64,000 nt of DNA from Tubulanus polymorphus (taxonomy: Eukaryota > Animalia > Nemertea), in the NCBI RefSeq assembly GCF_964204645.1, contig NC_134025.1:17025101-17089100 (forward strand), read 5' to 3'. Both the position numbers and the translations under genes were made by a program. This document shows positions 12,763-25,427 of the stretch, in pieces. The stretch's first letter is position 1, and each line of letters starts with the position of its first letter. The notes beneath the pieces were generated by a model. That model was not told where the DNA came from. It saw only the letters and a program-made list of their open reading frames with translations, and ran no database searches.

Positions 12763-14280
12763 AAACCATCTTCATCTTGAATAAAACTAACCTTTGCTCC
12801 ACTCTTTGTTATACGAACATTTTTCCCAACATTATCTTTTGCTTGTCTCAAAGAATCATCATCTTGTTGCATCTGAACTAAATCATTTCAATCAATATCT
12901 AACACCTTGGCTTCTTAAACCATTAAAAGATGTAACGACTTTTTGATTTCCTTTTTCTGTGATCTTGTTTCAACAGCACAAACTTTGAAAAAAAAATTTT
13001 TCCATTTTTTCCATATCAGGCACCCCTTTGGCTCCTGGAATGTTACCAATTATTACATCAAACACAGGATTATTCATACACATGGCTTCAACCTTACCAG
13101 AATAATACGGTGTCTGAACATGCAACTCAACTATTGGAACTTTAATCATTTTTCCATTCAATAGAATGCATAAATTTTCTTTACCGGTATTCATGTCAGG
13201 TGTAACTAGTCTTTTACTAACAACTACAGATGAACATCCAGTATCCCTCATTACTCGGACATTTTCACCATTTACTAAACCTTGACCAACCGTAACTTTT
13301 TCAGGTTCAATGCCATTTTGTATACCTGCACTTCCATAATGTAATCACTGCCCACTTGACATTTCAACAAACTGGTTCATCGGTCTTCAAAGGAGCCATC
13401 CAACCATTGTCAAATTTAACATAATGTTTATCCTCTTTTCCCATAAACGCCTTTTCTTTCTTTTTGTTAACCAATGGACACTTGTTGGCATAATGACCAA
13501 ATTTGTCATAAATAAAACAATTCCCTTACAATGTACCAAAGACATGAGGCCCAATCATCCTTAGGCCAATGACAGGCATGAGCATACTTTTCAAACCGAT
13601 ACAAATATGCATCAATATCCTCTGACCTTTCATCGAAATATTGTAAATTATTATTTTTCACCTTATTGTATTTCACCTTTGATCGGACACTTCATCATTC
13701 TAAGCTTAATTGTATTAATTATATATTCTAATAACTCTTCTTTTCCAAGCTTATGATTCATGTTGTCTCTGACATTCCTGTTCCTCTCGTTCACGTTCTT
13801 CTTTTCTTTCGTCACATGACCTCTTTCATCGCTTTAAAAGGCTGTAAACTCATTACCTGTTAAACCCAATTCTTTTACCATTTCGACTAAATCCTTCAAT
13901 TCAGAATCCATTTTGACTATCTAAACCAATAATTATGATTCAGTAAAAGAAAGTTGTCATCAACCACAATATAAGGAGAAGTAATGAACTCCAGACAAAA
14001 ACTTCAAAATTTGACCGTAGACAATTTCACAGTTTTCTTATACCTCCAAACAAGCCATACTAACCATCCAAAACCTTTTATATAGTTCAGGTATTTAAGC
14101 ACTAACCGATTTAAAGTTCAGCTACAACAATCTATGATATTCCAACTAACTAACTTATACTACACACATTTTCTCAATTACCCTATCATATGCACATTAT
14201 ACCATTTAGACTAATAAATATAACCATTATGATTCCAAAACAATATAATCTTTGTTTTCTTTTCAATACTTAGCACACAT

Positions 14281-14566
14281 ACCGCATACCCCAATAACTA
14301 TATGAACGCGAAATCGTAAAGTATGTACCACATTCACCAATAACTATAACCACTAAACCGCAAAGTTTTTACCGCACCACCAATAATTATGAACGCTAAA
14401 ACACAAAGTAATTTCCACATATACCAATAATTATAAACACTAAATCACAAAGTAGATTCCGCATACACCAATTACTATAAACACCAAATCGCAAAGTGTT
14501 AACTGCATACACGAATAACTATAAACGCCAAATCGCAAAGTAGATTCCGCATATACCAATAACTAT
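14281..14566. repeat. ~44-bp tandem repeat (~6.5 copies) in the Gypsy 5' leader
   Basis: Unit approximately ccaataactataaacactaaatcgcaaagtagattccgcataca. Confidence 0.85.
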
Positions 14567-15304
14567 ATTTTGTTACCACTCTCCATAAATCGATCAACCA
14601 AAATAACATGGGAAGAATTACACACACTCCACAACGACATCCATAGCAAGGAAATTTTTTCATCGAACTTCGTGATGTTTCCTTAACTTGTAAACTCAAT
14701 GACCACAGCGTATCATAAGATCACGACAATCACATGAACAGTCAATGATGGACGAACACCAATATCGATGATAATGAATAACGCACAATAAAAAACGCAA
14801 ACGCAATATGATATATCAACTCAAAGTGATGGCATTGATAGGATTCTCTCAATTAAGAGAACTCTGCGTCTCCTGGACGAGCCCCCGTTGTGATGATTTC
14901 GATGCCAGGGCACTCAAATGATATCGACGATGACGAATTACGTAGCCCTAAAGAAACTTACGGAGTACGAGATTCACTCAGATTTGATGAAGTGCTTTTG
15001 CTGTATTGCCACTACCAGTCACTTTGTTGCCATCTCCTCTGATGAATTAATAGAGCTGACATCAATGAATATATCCGACAACAGAGACATACTGAAAAAG
15101 AGGAAAAGGAAAATTCATTATACAGCAAAATTCGATTCTCTCTGTTTTTTTTGTTCAGATTTAATCATAGTTTACTCATTGAAAATGAGCTTATTGTAAG
15201 CCATGAGTTAACTCAAATTCGCAACTGTGGAACTGGAACAAGGATATTGCAAATATCTAATTAAGATGCAATACACTAACTATAGATTTTATCCGATTCA
15301 ACTA

Positions 15305-15900
15305 TAATAATAATAATAATTTCTATTTTCGTAAACCATGATGCATTTAATCACATGAACAGTTAATACTTTTTAACAAATTACATAGTATGGTTACGAG
15401 GCATCCAGTGCCAGCCAACAGGCTGTACTTAAAATTAAGGCGCTGGAACCTTGTGCATAGTGCAGGGAAATGGTGCTGTGATACTGATATAAATGATGCT
15501 ATTAATAATAATAATGCTCATAATGATTATTCAATTTTATGATAATAGAAATGACAATAGTGACAAAATGGAGATGGTATAATCAATGATAATAATAGTA
15601 TAAATAGTAATAATAACAATACTAATAATAAAAATAAAAGCAATAGCAATAATGATAATAATAATGATAATGCTTATAATGATAATAATGATAATAATAA
15701 CAATGATAATAATAAAGACAACAATAACAATTACAATACAATGATTATCATAATTATGACAATATACTAATCATTACCATTACTATTACAATAATTAAGG
15801 TAAAGATACTCATAATGATAATAATAATAATAATAATAATGATTTTGACGGCGGAGATAACAAATGACACAGATACAGATAATAATAATGATTACAAAGA
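15305..15900 (-). mobile_element. Probable LINE 3' UTR/tail with AAT-rich low-complexity tract
   Basis: (taa)n tail, gccaacaggctg motif and AAT/GAT-rich tract, in the same layout as the LINE 3' end at 54527-55200. Confidence 0.45.
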
Positions 15901-16025
15901 TAGATAGTCTAGTATAGCAACAACTGATTAGACAAGACTGGTGGATGACCGGACAATATTCGGAGTATTTCGCCAAATACTAGGCATCTAAGCTAAGAAA
16001 GATTTACTGGCCTATATAAGAATTC

Positions 16026-16646
16026 TTATATAGGCCTATAAGCACGAGTAGTGCTACTAGGCGTTTTTATCAGCTTCCGACGTTTCGGAGAGTGAGGGAC
16101 ACGGGGCCTATCCTCATCTGAACTTTCCGTGTTGTAAACAGCGTCTCTGTTTGAACGACCTTCATTGACGTCCTCATTTGAAATTTGAGAAATTCCAAAC
16201 GTTTCATCAAATCCGTTTTCAGCGCTCTCGTTGCCGTCCTCACCGCTACTCTCTGGCTCATAGTCGTCTAAAATCATTGATAGTGCATGATTCACACTAA
16301 ATCTGGACAAGGATGACATCTAAAAATACAGACAAAAAAACTCATGCACGTGCCTTCTTGTTTCGCACGCAAAGTGGTGCATGTTGTCGCTCAAGCATAA
16401 ATTCAATTCGATTCATTTCACTATTTGAGGCGCCATCTATGAGTAAATAGTGTAACTAAATTGAAACAGACGATCATTTAGTACGTTTATACACCAGCGG
16501 CGTAGTGACTCACCACACCAGCAATTGTAGAAATGAATGAAAAAATAAATAAATGAATATATTTGCGACGCAAATATACGTCGCGCAGGGTGAGAGAAGG
16601 TCATTATTTGCGGCGAAAATATACATCATGCATGGTAGCAAAGAGG
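16026..16646 (-). mobile_element. piggyBac-like family 1, 5' end with acidic transposase N-terminus
   Basis: Ends aagagg|TTAA; ORF 16319-16026 MSSLSRFSVNHALSMILDDYEPESSGEDGNES...; homologous to 8970-9344. Confidence 0.7.
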
Positions 16647-17529
16647 TTAAGGAAAACTTTGTTCTAGTCCCTGATACATTAATTTCATTGTGAAAAATAA
16701 AGAGATATATAAGCTCCTGCATTTTAGAGTATATTGAAAGTATGCAGTAAGAATTTAAAGATAATAGGGAGCAATCAAATTCAGTTTCACAACACCACTA
16801 TTCTAAAATTCTTATCACACTAAGATACTTAGCAAAACTGTCGGAAAATGGCCAAGGTATTACCTAGGGTAAATGATCGCATTCTACGGATGTAGCAAAG
16901 TAACGTTCATAATATTTCGTATCAACATATTTAGTACTAGGGATTTTTGATACTTATATTATGATTACCCAACATGATTCACTAAGTTATTCTAATATTT
17001 GAACATGAGTAATTGTATTTAATGAAACCTCTTTTATATCAAATGGTCTCGTGTCCAGAAAAGAAAGAAGTTTATTTCACATTTATTCCTACCCGTAGTA
17101 GAAGTAGTTGTAGTAGATTATTACATTTATCTATAATCAGACAGCTTTTTGGGTTTCGGTGAATTGACTCAGCATTTTGATATAGTTAACTTATTTTTAA
17201 TGGATGAAGGAGCATGTTATTTCCTATTAATTATCTGTACATTTTGCATATTACTGAATCAAATTTCATTGACTTAATTAGGCCTTTTGTGGAAAAATGG
17301 TCGTGTTTAATTTCAAAACATATATCGTTAGCGGTAATCCCCTCAGTGGATAATAGGCCAGAATCCACGATTATTCAAATTGTACAAATCCCAAATTAAC
17401 GATTTTGAAGCAGAATATTTTTCACATTCTATCCACTTTCTATACTAATTTTTCTAAAAGATGGTTATAGAATTTTGCTACAAAATGTTCTTTTCAAATC
17501 ATGAAGTGGGGATTTGTACTTACTGTGGT

Positions 17530-17757
17530 GTGAATTTGTTTCCACACGAGTAGTTTGAGAAATTACGCGTGTGAATTGATTTTTACATGTGTAGCTGGAA
17601 AAACTACACATGTGAATTCGATTTCACATGTGTAGTTAAAGAATTCACACATGTGAATTCCATTTCACACGTGTAGTTAAAGAATTTACACGTGTAAATT
17701 CAATTTCACATATGTTATTTCAGGATTCATTTCACATGTGTGAATTTTTCGTAAGGG
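17530..17757. repeat. 41-bp subterminal tandem repeat ending in ...ttttcgtaaggg (orphan DNA-transposon end)
   Basis: About 5 copies of gtgaattcgatttcacatgtgtagttaaagaattcacacat; no partner terminus found. Confidence 0.75.
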
Positions 17758-18406
17758 TTGTGCAAAGTCCGGGAAAAATAGCTTTTACTCAAATCGGATG
17801 TATGACCTTGATATGCTAATTAGCCATGTGCTCAAACTGCAAATTCAGTCAAATTTTATTCTGCCACATAAATATCAAATCCAATTCAATTTTACTTTAT
17901 TGAACAAGTTAAAACGGTGAATCCAATTGAATTTTGTTTTATTGAGCAAATTACAGATCCAGTCGCTGTCTGTGCTACTTTGAAAACGCGTTCAAATTGT
18001 GCAAATTATTAGTATAGTGAATAGTAGAATAACTTAGTATTTACATATTAAATTGGTAGGGAGGCATATTTTGTGATCACAATCAATTAAAAAAATCGTA
18101 GCTGCTGGCATGTTCTATGATTGTGGTGAGTTTAAAGGTCTTTGGTTTTTGTATATGGTCACCAGGGGCATTGAATATTGAAATTGTTAAATTGTTGACC
18201 ATTTGAAACCACGTCCCTAGACCCCTAGTTGATAGATTTGTTTTATTTTCAATGTAATGAATTGAGGTCATTGGCTGTGAAGTATGGCCGCCAGGGTGGC
18301 CATCCATCTTGGATTTCTTTTTAGCATGATACAGCCTACAATTCTTGATGGATTTTCTTACATAGTGTGCGATTTAGGGTAACTAAGATGGGATTGGATC
18401 GTTTTT

Positions 18407-18826
18407 TGGTTTACCTTTGTCAGCAGTATGAGGTTGGCATTGAGGCAATTCTTGTAAAATTGCAGTACATTTTTTTATGTGAGCATTTTTTTCATTGGTT
18501 CTAGCTCGGGTTAAATGACATATAATCGATGCGATTGAAGACATGACGAACCTCCGTCGATGACATCGTCAACTTTGTTTAAATTCGACGAAGAACTGTT
18601 TTTGGCGGGAAAATTCTTAGCTCTTACGTATAAAACTGCAATTACCTCGATTTGGGGGCGTCGTGTGTACGAGCGAATGTGATTGGCTGTTTTTGGGATA
18701 TACGGAGAATTCCGACGCTACTAAAGTTTCATTGGACTAGGTGCCGTGTATGAGCAAATTTCAAATGCTCATTGCTGGTGAGAATATAATTATTTCACAT
18801 ATCGCCAAAGGTATTGTTTCATTTTA
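18407..18826 (+). mobile_element. HINE-like family D 5' part
   Basis: Starts tggtttacct; colinear with 60329-60757. Confidence 0.65.
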
Positions 18827-18828
18827 TA

Positions 18829-19882
18829 GGGGCCAAAAAAATATACCTTTGTTTACGGTTCATGTCCAAATTTTGGTAGGGTAGGTAGGTAGGAAAAAAT
18901 TTTTTTTTTTGAAAAAATATTTTCCATCACCGATCACCAAAGAAGCAATGAACAACATTATTTTCAATATGAAACACTTAATTAGAAATTACAAAGCTTT
19001 ATTTCTTTCCATATGAACGCGCCACAACAGCTTTTTTTCCTGTGTTTTGGCACGTACTGCATAAAGGCAGTACCGTTTTAAACTGATTTAACAATTCCGG
19101 GGGTTTAACAGCCCCACTACACGCACAATTGCAGCAATAGTCCTCCCTAAACCGGTATTGTAGTAACTCAACTCGATGTTGTTGCCACACGTTAATGTTA
19201 GTCTGACTTGTTCAGTTTTGGCCAACTGGTGATCCGGTTCAAGCAGCATCGCACCACAGCTATATTCCTGCTCGGACATATGCATGGAGAGAGTTGTTTC
19301 CTGCCTTCGTGAGAGTTTCTGTTTGGAATAGAAAACCCTTGCTTTTCCGCATTCTGTGCAGTCCACAAGTCCTCTAGCATTCTGTGCTATTACAGCCATC
19401 GGTTGAATATATGTAGAAAACATAAAGAAATATCATAAACTTATGTTTTAACGGTAGTTTTGATAAATATTTGACTGAGAACCAGGGTCTTTTTTCAAAT
19501 TTTCGTAATTCCCTTTAACCAATAACAATTAAAATTACTCACCCAGGCAGTTTCTGTTTTGGCAGAGAGCGCCGCTTCGAACTGGCCATAAAAAAATCGA
19601 ATGCATTTCTTTCCGTTTCCTTAGTTTTTCCGACGAGTGGACAATATTGACCGGCGTAACTCTTACGTATTTCATACCGAAATCGACTACAGTAGATACG
19701 GCGAACGTCTCATCAGCATCAGTCCAAGGCCCATTGTCAGATGACGATACACATAGTTTGTATGGCGTTTGAATGTTGAATTTTTTGGCAACTCCTTCCA
19801 ATGTGGCCACCGACGCAAACTTCATAAATTGCCTCTGACCACAAGGAAGTAAAATACAGAAAACAACACCGTCAGCAGCCAT
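18829..19882 (-). mobile_element. Internally deleted Zator-like transposon with N- and C-terminal transposase remnants
   Basis: Terminus ggccaaaaaaatatacctttgtttacggtt...gtagggtaggtagg, related to 1620-1680. Exon 1 runs 19882 to ~19541 with a gtgagt donor; frameshifted Cys-rich C-terminus CTECGKARVFYS...YSCG...LTC..NIELSYY...C..C...VLPLCSTC. Confidence 0.55.
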
Positions 19883-21989
19883 GATGTAAACGGTTGAAAA
19901 ATTTTCGCGTGCGCCAAGGTGAATTCAATATTCAATGTTTGGATGAAAAAATATTCGCGCACGCGCGTGTGTGTGACTTATCAAAGTTGCCTGCCCCTCA
20001 ATATTGAAATATTAGCAGGGATGAGAATTCCCCGCGGATCCGCGGTTTCCCGCTGATTTCGGTATTGAAAAATATCAATTTTCCAAATAGTCCAAAAATG
20101 ATGTAAAAGTGAAAGGCTGAATCCAAGAACATGTCTATCACACTTTTGAGCCCAAACGTCTACTTTTACTTAGAAGCCACTTGAGAACAATAAGCAATTA
20201 ACGATATCGGCTACTTTTCCATTAGTATACATTTCAAAACAGTCACTCTGAAATTGTATTCCTTTCAATTCGGTTGGTTTTATAAAGTGGCTGTTTCGAT
20301 GAGTCTACTATAGAAAAGTGACCATTTTAAAACATCTGGTTTCGTGCACACTAGCAGTAGAGGTGACTGTAAAACCACCCGTCTGTAAACAGTGACTTTG
20401 TGATAGTAATTCCTACCATAGCAGCTACTCTCAAAACACATCGTTCCCAAAAGTCAACTATTGAAAAGTGACCATCTTGAGATGGCTTGGTAATTTCCTG
20501 TTCAAAATAGCACCATCTGTTAAAGATTTGCAGTGATACGTGACCGGTTCAAAGGTACCGTTAAACCCTATATGCTTTGTATACAGAACTCTGTATGCTT
20601 TGAATACAGTTCTGTGAATAGAAAATCAAAGTTTTTGAGTTGCTAAGAATCTAATAATTTTTATATTACGCTCAACAAAATGGCAATATCCAATAGGAAA
20701 ACTATTGATTTACATAACATCATCATGGATTAAATCCATTAATATGAAAATATAGTGCCAGTCCTAGAATTTTTAGAATTTTAAGATGTTTGTTTTACAT
20801 TTGCGATTATAAAACATTCTGGTGCGTTCATAAATCTTTGATTTTGTAGAAAAGAAAGATTAAAGAATAAATTTGTCTTTTAGGCTTAGTTTGTTTTTAA
20901 GGATATATGAGAGAGGAATATACAAATAAAATCATATGTTCATTAAATTAATTATGTCCTATTTATCTCAGTATCTGGATGAAGACTACACAAGATATTC
21001 CGAAAAAAATGTATCTAAAATACTTAGAATTAACCTTGAATTTATTGTTTATTTCGATACAAACGATTTTTAAGTAATCCATGTGATGTTCACTTTGTCA
21101 CACTGTTCTCTGCTTGTTCGTTAATGAATATTGAATCATTTTATCGCTTGCTAGAAGTGATTCCCTGATCAAATCTTATTTCATAATTATACAGTTTGGT
21201 TGAAATGAAATTACAAACTTATTACATAAGATCACACGATTAGCGCATAAAAGTGCGGTGTTGAGATGTTCACGTAATTTTGAAATCAGCAATTTCATTT
21301 GATAGAGAAAACTTTGTTTGGCTTAAGAAGTGAAAGAAATGTGATAGGCTGTAATTTCAGTTTCACATACTTTCCTACTTAGTTGAGTAAATTGTTTATA
21401 TAGGTTATCAAAAACCCAGCAGCACCTATCGGTCAGCAGGTCACTTACACTGGCTAACTAGACCAAATTTTATCATATTTAGAATTCTATTACGGGAGTT
21501 CTTCATTCATGACCCCGGTGATGATCACCAAAGGCCGGTACTGTAATCCAAATGAAATCTTGAATACCATACAAAGTTTCTTATTGCTATCAAATTCAAT
21601 CAAATAACAATTTAGATGATTTCTTTAGAATGTTTAAAATCCACATGGATTTGTTATAGAAAAAATCAATGATTCAGCGAAATTAGAATTCAGGGAAATT
21701 CGAACACTCCGAAATGCACATTGTAATTTAAGATGCAAAGAAATCCAGGCTCCTGCTGAAAATAAACCACCATTTCAATAATGAGAGGTTAGCCTGAATG
21801 TATGATTGCGCTTTTAATTCAAAATGCAGACCTATGCTTTGAAATAGCTGCATTTGTTAGAATTGAATTCTTAATTGAATTATATCGGTTCAAACGGAGG
21901 CAGACAAAGTTTCAGCCAATCAGTAAGCAGAAATTCTAATTATAGACTCTTACTGCATCAAACCAATTCTACAGTACAGTAGCATTATG

Positions 21990-22175
21990 CAGTCACAATG
22001 CCCCAGTTAGTAGAGCACAAGAATTACACCTGCTGGGTCAGAAGTTCGAGTCCCGCGTAGCTCCGTACTGAATTTGATTACCTCCGATAGTTCCCAGTCT
22101 TCACTGGTACAGGTCATCAAAGCTCATAGGGTCCCCACGGGCATGGACACATAGATTTTAAATGGCCCGACTTAA
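21990..22175 (+). mobile_element. Degenerate tRNA-derived SINE
   Basis: A-box-like cagttagtagagca and B-box gttcgagtccc; boundaries approximate. Confidence 0.45.
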
Positions 22176-22775
22176 TTCCATTGCGAACAAATTGAACAGT
22201 TTGAAGTTCTGGGCCAAAAGAAAACACATTTCTTTATCTTTCACTTTGTGCGTATAGTTTACATACAACTCGCATAGGCGCTATTTGTGATGTTATTTAT
22301 GACAATCAACCCAAGCACGTGTGTGCGCTATTACGTGTCGCCTATGTATAATCCTTGAAATAAACATTTAGGCCTACAATGGTAAGAGTTTATTAATTCA
22401 AATCGCTTCCAAAATGATAAAAAATGGTATAAATGGCAGCGGGCATTTGTCAGAGATGACATCAGAAATGTGCACCTGCTAACATAAACAATGACAGTGA
22501 GCATGTGCTGAAATTGCCAACTTAAAAGTCGTATATTTCGGTAATTGCTGAACTAAAATTCAAACCAGTTGCATATTTGATATTTGTGAATATATCACAT
22601 ATTCAATATTTTATTTTGATGGCATTTGCTCTTTAACTACTTCCAAACTCATTACATCATTTCAATGTAAATCTTTCTGTAGAAGTTTGAATACTGAATC
22701 ATTCCTGCATTTGGTTACCGACCAAACTCCAAAAATGTGGTACTTAGTTACGTTTTTTCATTCCTGTAATTATAG

Positions 22776-22893
22776 CGCTCATATCAGCAAGTTCCGACGA
22801 TATGGTGGAGAAACAAAAGTATCTTGTACAGAAGTTGACAAAGCAATGTCACTCACTTACCGATAAGTTTGAATCATGTAAATTGAGAATGAA
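22776..22893 (+). CDS. SDCCAG8: SDCCAG8-like internal coding exon
   Basis: Acceptor ttatag| and donor |gtaagt; 118 nt, phase 1 to 2. (A)LISASSDDMVEKQKYLVQKLTKQCHSLTDKFESCKLRM compares with human SQNTFLTKLKEECCTLAKKLE (from memory). Confidence 0.85.
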
Positions 22894-23004
22894 GTAAGTT
22901 GATCGAATTTCATGATTAATTAGATGCCTGTATTTTTTTTCTTGTGCATTGTGAATTACTTTAAATGAGTTGGAAGTTGCACAATCATGTATGGTTTTTT
23001 ATAG

Positions 23005-23179
23005 AAAGGAAATTGAAGCTTTAGCCAGCAAAAATGAAAGTATTCAACGCCTAAATGAGAAATATAAATTGAGACAGAAAGAATTTGAAATTGAGAATAT
23101 TCAACATACAGAGCTTCATGAAAAGATGCGAGTACAACTGCAGCAGATGGATGAAAATGCTAATTCAATGTCTCAACAG
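23005..23179 (+). CDS. SDCCAG8: SDCCAG8-like internal coding exon
   Basis: Acceptor ttttttatag| and donor CAG|gtttgc; 175 nt, phase 2 to 0. KEIEALASKNESIQRLNEKYKLRQKEFEIENIQHTELHEKMRVQLQQMDENANSMSQQ compares with human ELEEQCVQHGRVHETMKQRLRQLDKHSQATAQQ. Confidence 0.9.
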
Positions 23180-25130
23180 GTTTGCCAAAACTAACTAAAC
23201 TTTCCTTGGATAATGCTCGATCATTATGCAGCCTGGACCCATCATCGCAGATTCAATTCATAACTGCCAAACTTGCTTGTAAATTTATCATAGGCCTATT
23301 AGTAGTCTAGTCTCTCAGTGACAAAACCTATTTCCCTCAAGGTGAATAATGAAGTGTTATCCCCATCACTATCCTCACAGGTGCTCGTGCACTGATGGCA
23401 TTCATAAGTAGTTCATAGAAACTGCGCAGTTCGTGGTTTACACTGGAGAGGATCGGTATGGTTGTCTGCAGGGTTTGTCAGCCGCTAGCCCGGATTTTAT
23501 TGTGGTCGGTTCACGTAGTGAACGACAACTTTGTTATCCTGTTAGTATTTATGTCATGTTGTCTCCTAGTTCATCGATTTCGTACTGTTCCAAGGTCAGT
23601 CGATTTCGTTTCGTTCAGTTTTCTTCGTAACAACACAATGTATACACTTTTCGCAGTATACAACTTATTTGTACTAATGGATGTTAGATCAAGCGCTGTC
23701 CAATATTTTCGTCATTTGATGTAAAAAATTGACAGAATTCCTTGAAAGATCACGGCTAGACTATGGCACATATGGACGGCACGGCACTGCTATGTTGAGC
23801 GCGCTGACATGATTGTGGAAAACCCACGCTCTGATTGGTTGTTTTGGAAATGCCAGCGCTTTCGAGAAGGCAGTTTTCTTTAATTCTGACATGGATTTCA
23901 TTAAACTTTGCCGATTAGTTTGTCAGATGTATGAGGCTAACATGCGCATGTGCCGCCAATGTATGAGAGTGCTGTTCATACTACATCACTGAATGCTGAC
24001 TGCGTGCACACAAACGTACTACACATACATAGCAGACGCGAGGTGCTATTGCGCTAACGCGCGCATCTATATGAATGTACTATCTTGCCGTTGTGAGTTG
24101 ATGAAATAAACAAAATAATATAAGAATAACGTTATCAGGCAGTGATTTTGATTTTTAGGCCAGCCATACACTGAGCCTATTTCTATACAAATGGAGCGAA
24201 TTAAATTGACCAGATGGTTTCCAGATGAAAGGCTTTTTAGCCCACTTGGGACTTTAGTCCCAGCGGGCTATTGCATCACTTTTCGTCCATCGTCCGTCCG
24301 TCCATTGTGCGAATGAACCCTTGTGTAACTTTAATACCTTGTGCAACTTTATAAACTATGTATATTTTTACAGATGTTTTTATGTTATAAAGTGTTTGAT
24401 TTTCACCAGAATGTTGATATAGTATCTTCTGAAACATATTAAAAAGACATATTGACAAAAAATTATCCAAAAATTCTTTTCCGCTGTCAAAATAATTGCA
24501 TTACATTAATGATTCCACAGAAAGTTGCACAATCCCTTGGACAAAATCTCTATGGACTATGGACATTTTCAGGAAGTGCTGTCCTCTTTAGGAGGATAAA
24601 GTTTTTGATGAGAAAGTTGCAGAAAGCTTTTCACTGATAGTTACATAGGGATTGTTACCTCAAGTTGCAGAAGGTCTCATGGGCATGATAAAGTTGCAGA
24701 GTGCCATGGACAGTTTACAGTGTGTAATGTCTGCACATAATGTTATGTAGTTATGCAAAAATCTACTCACCATAGATTTAATTTTCTTAATTGGATATTT
24801 CCTCTGAACTTTTGACCAGTTTTGCATGACGTATTTGATATCATCCATCAACTTTTTTTGAATAGTTTGTGGTATCTTTTAATGAATTTTTTGAATTGTA
24901 AACAGCTTTCAGATATTGAGTTATATGCCGTATCATTGGGGATTTATGTCCATTAGGTTGACAATCCATTATTATTATTTTTTAGTTGTCGAGGCACTGC
25001 AAATAAACCTCATTCAGCTAAAAAGGTCAATTTAATCTATTCAGCGTAATTCATAGGGAAAAAGCAAATTGATCTGAAGTGTTTGTTCCTGCCGACCACT
25101 GTCTGTTAATTGAAAAATACAGCACATATT

Positions 25131-25427
25131 AGAACGATAACCACACTCAAACGTGGTGAACAGATAATAAGATAAAATCCCACTATTTACAGATTAAAAG
25201 AATTAAAAAAACAGAATTTATTTATTCAATCAAAAATATATAAAAGACACGACGTTTCGATCTCATCCTAGAGATCATCGTCAGGTGTAAATACCCTATT
25301 GTCACACCTGACGATGATCTCTAGGGTGAGATCGAAACGTCGTGTCTTTTATATATTTTTGATTGAATAAATAAATTCTAGTTTTTAAATTCTTTTAATC
25401 TGTAAATAGTGAGATTTTATCTTATTA
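25131..25427. mobile_element. Penelope-like element remnant: inverted pseudo-LTR pair with ~34-bp tail
   Basis: 124-bp near-perfect inverted arms (25165-25288 and 25304-25427); TSD tacagcacatatt at 25118-25130 and 25426-25438; a hammerhead motif in each arm. Confidence 0.75.
25304..25345 (+). ncRNA. Minimal type I hammerhead ribozyme motif (mirror copy on the - strand at 25247-25288)
   Basis: acac-CUGACGA-u-GAUCUC-uagggu-GAGAUC-GAAA-CG-UC-gugu: core boxes, 6-bp stem II, 4-bp stem I and a vestigial helix III as in Penelope hammerheads. Confidence 0.6.

Larger units (their letters stand above)
11580..14890 (-). mobile_element. Degenerate Gmr1-like Ty3/Gypsy retrotransposon (gag-PR-IN; RT/RH missing)
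   Basis: tRNA-Pro-type PBS (reverse complement of cctggacgagccccc, ~14872-14886); gag start MDSELKDLVEMVKELGL at ~13911 with a CCHC knuckle; protease RDTGCS (13251-12970) followed directly by integrase HHCC (12452-12204) and DDE core (12232-11732). Confidence 0.8.
5405..22632. mobile_element. Old Kolobok-like TIR element expanded by nested insertions
   Basis: TTAA at 5401-5404 and 22633-22636; AG termini; ~170-bp degenerate inverted repeats with matching blocks aga.caaatgc, actg.tttga.ttt, gcaattt(t)cagca and gcag.tgcac.ttt.tg. Confidence 0.55.

Noticed and set aside
14281-14566. CRISPR-like appearance of the 44-bp, 41-bp and 154-bp arrays
   Set aside because: Units are contiguous degenerate tandem repeats with no unique spacers, there are no cas genes, and the context is eukaryotic.
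23303-23763. Academ-like element (tagtctag...ctagacta)
   Set aside because: Only an 8-bp inverted match and no convincing TSD.
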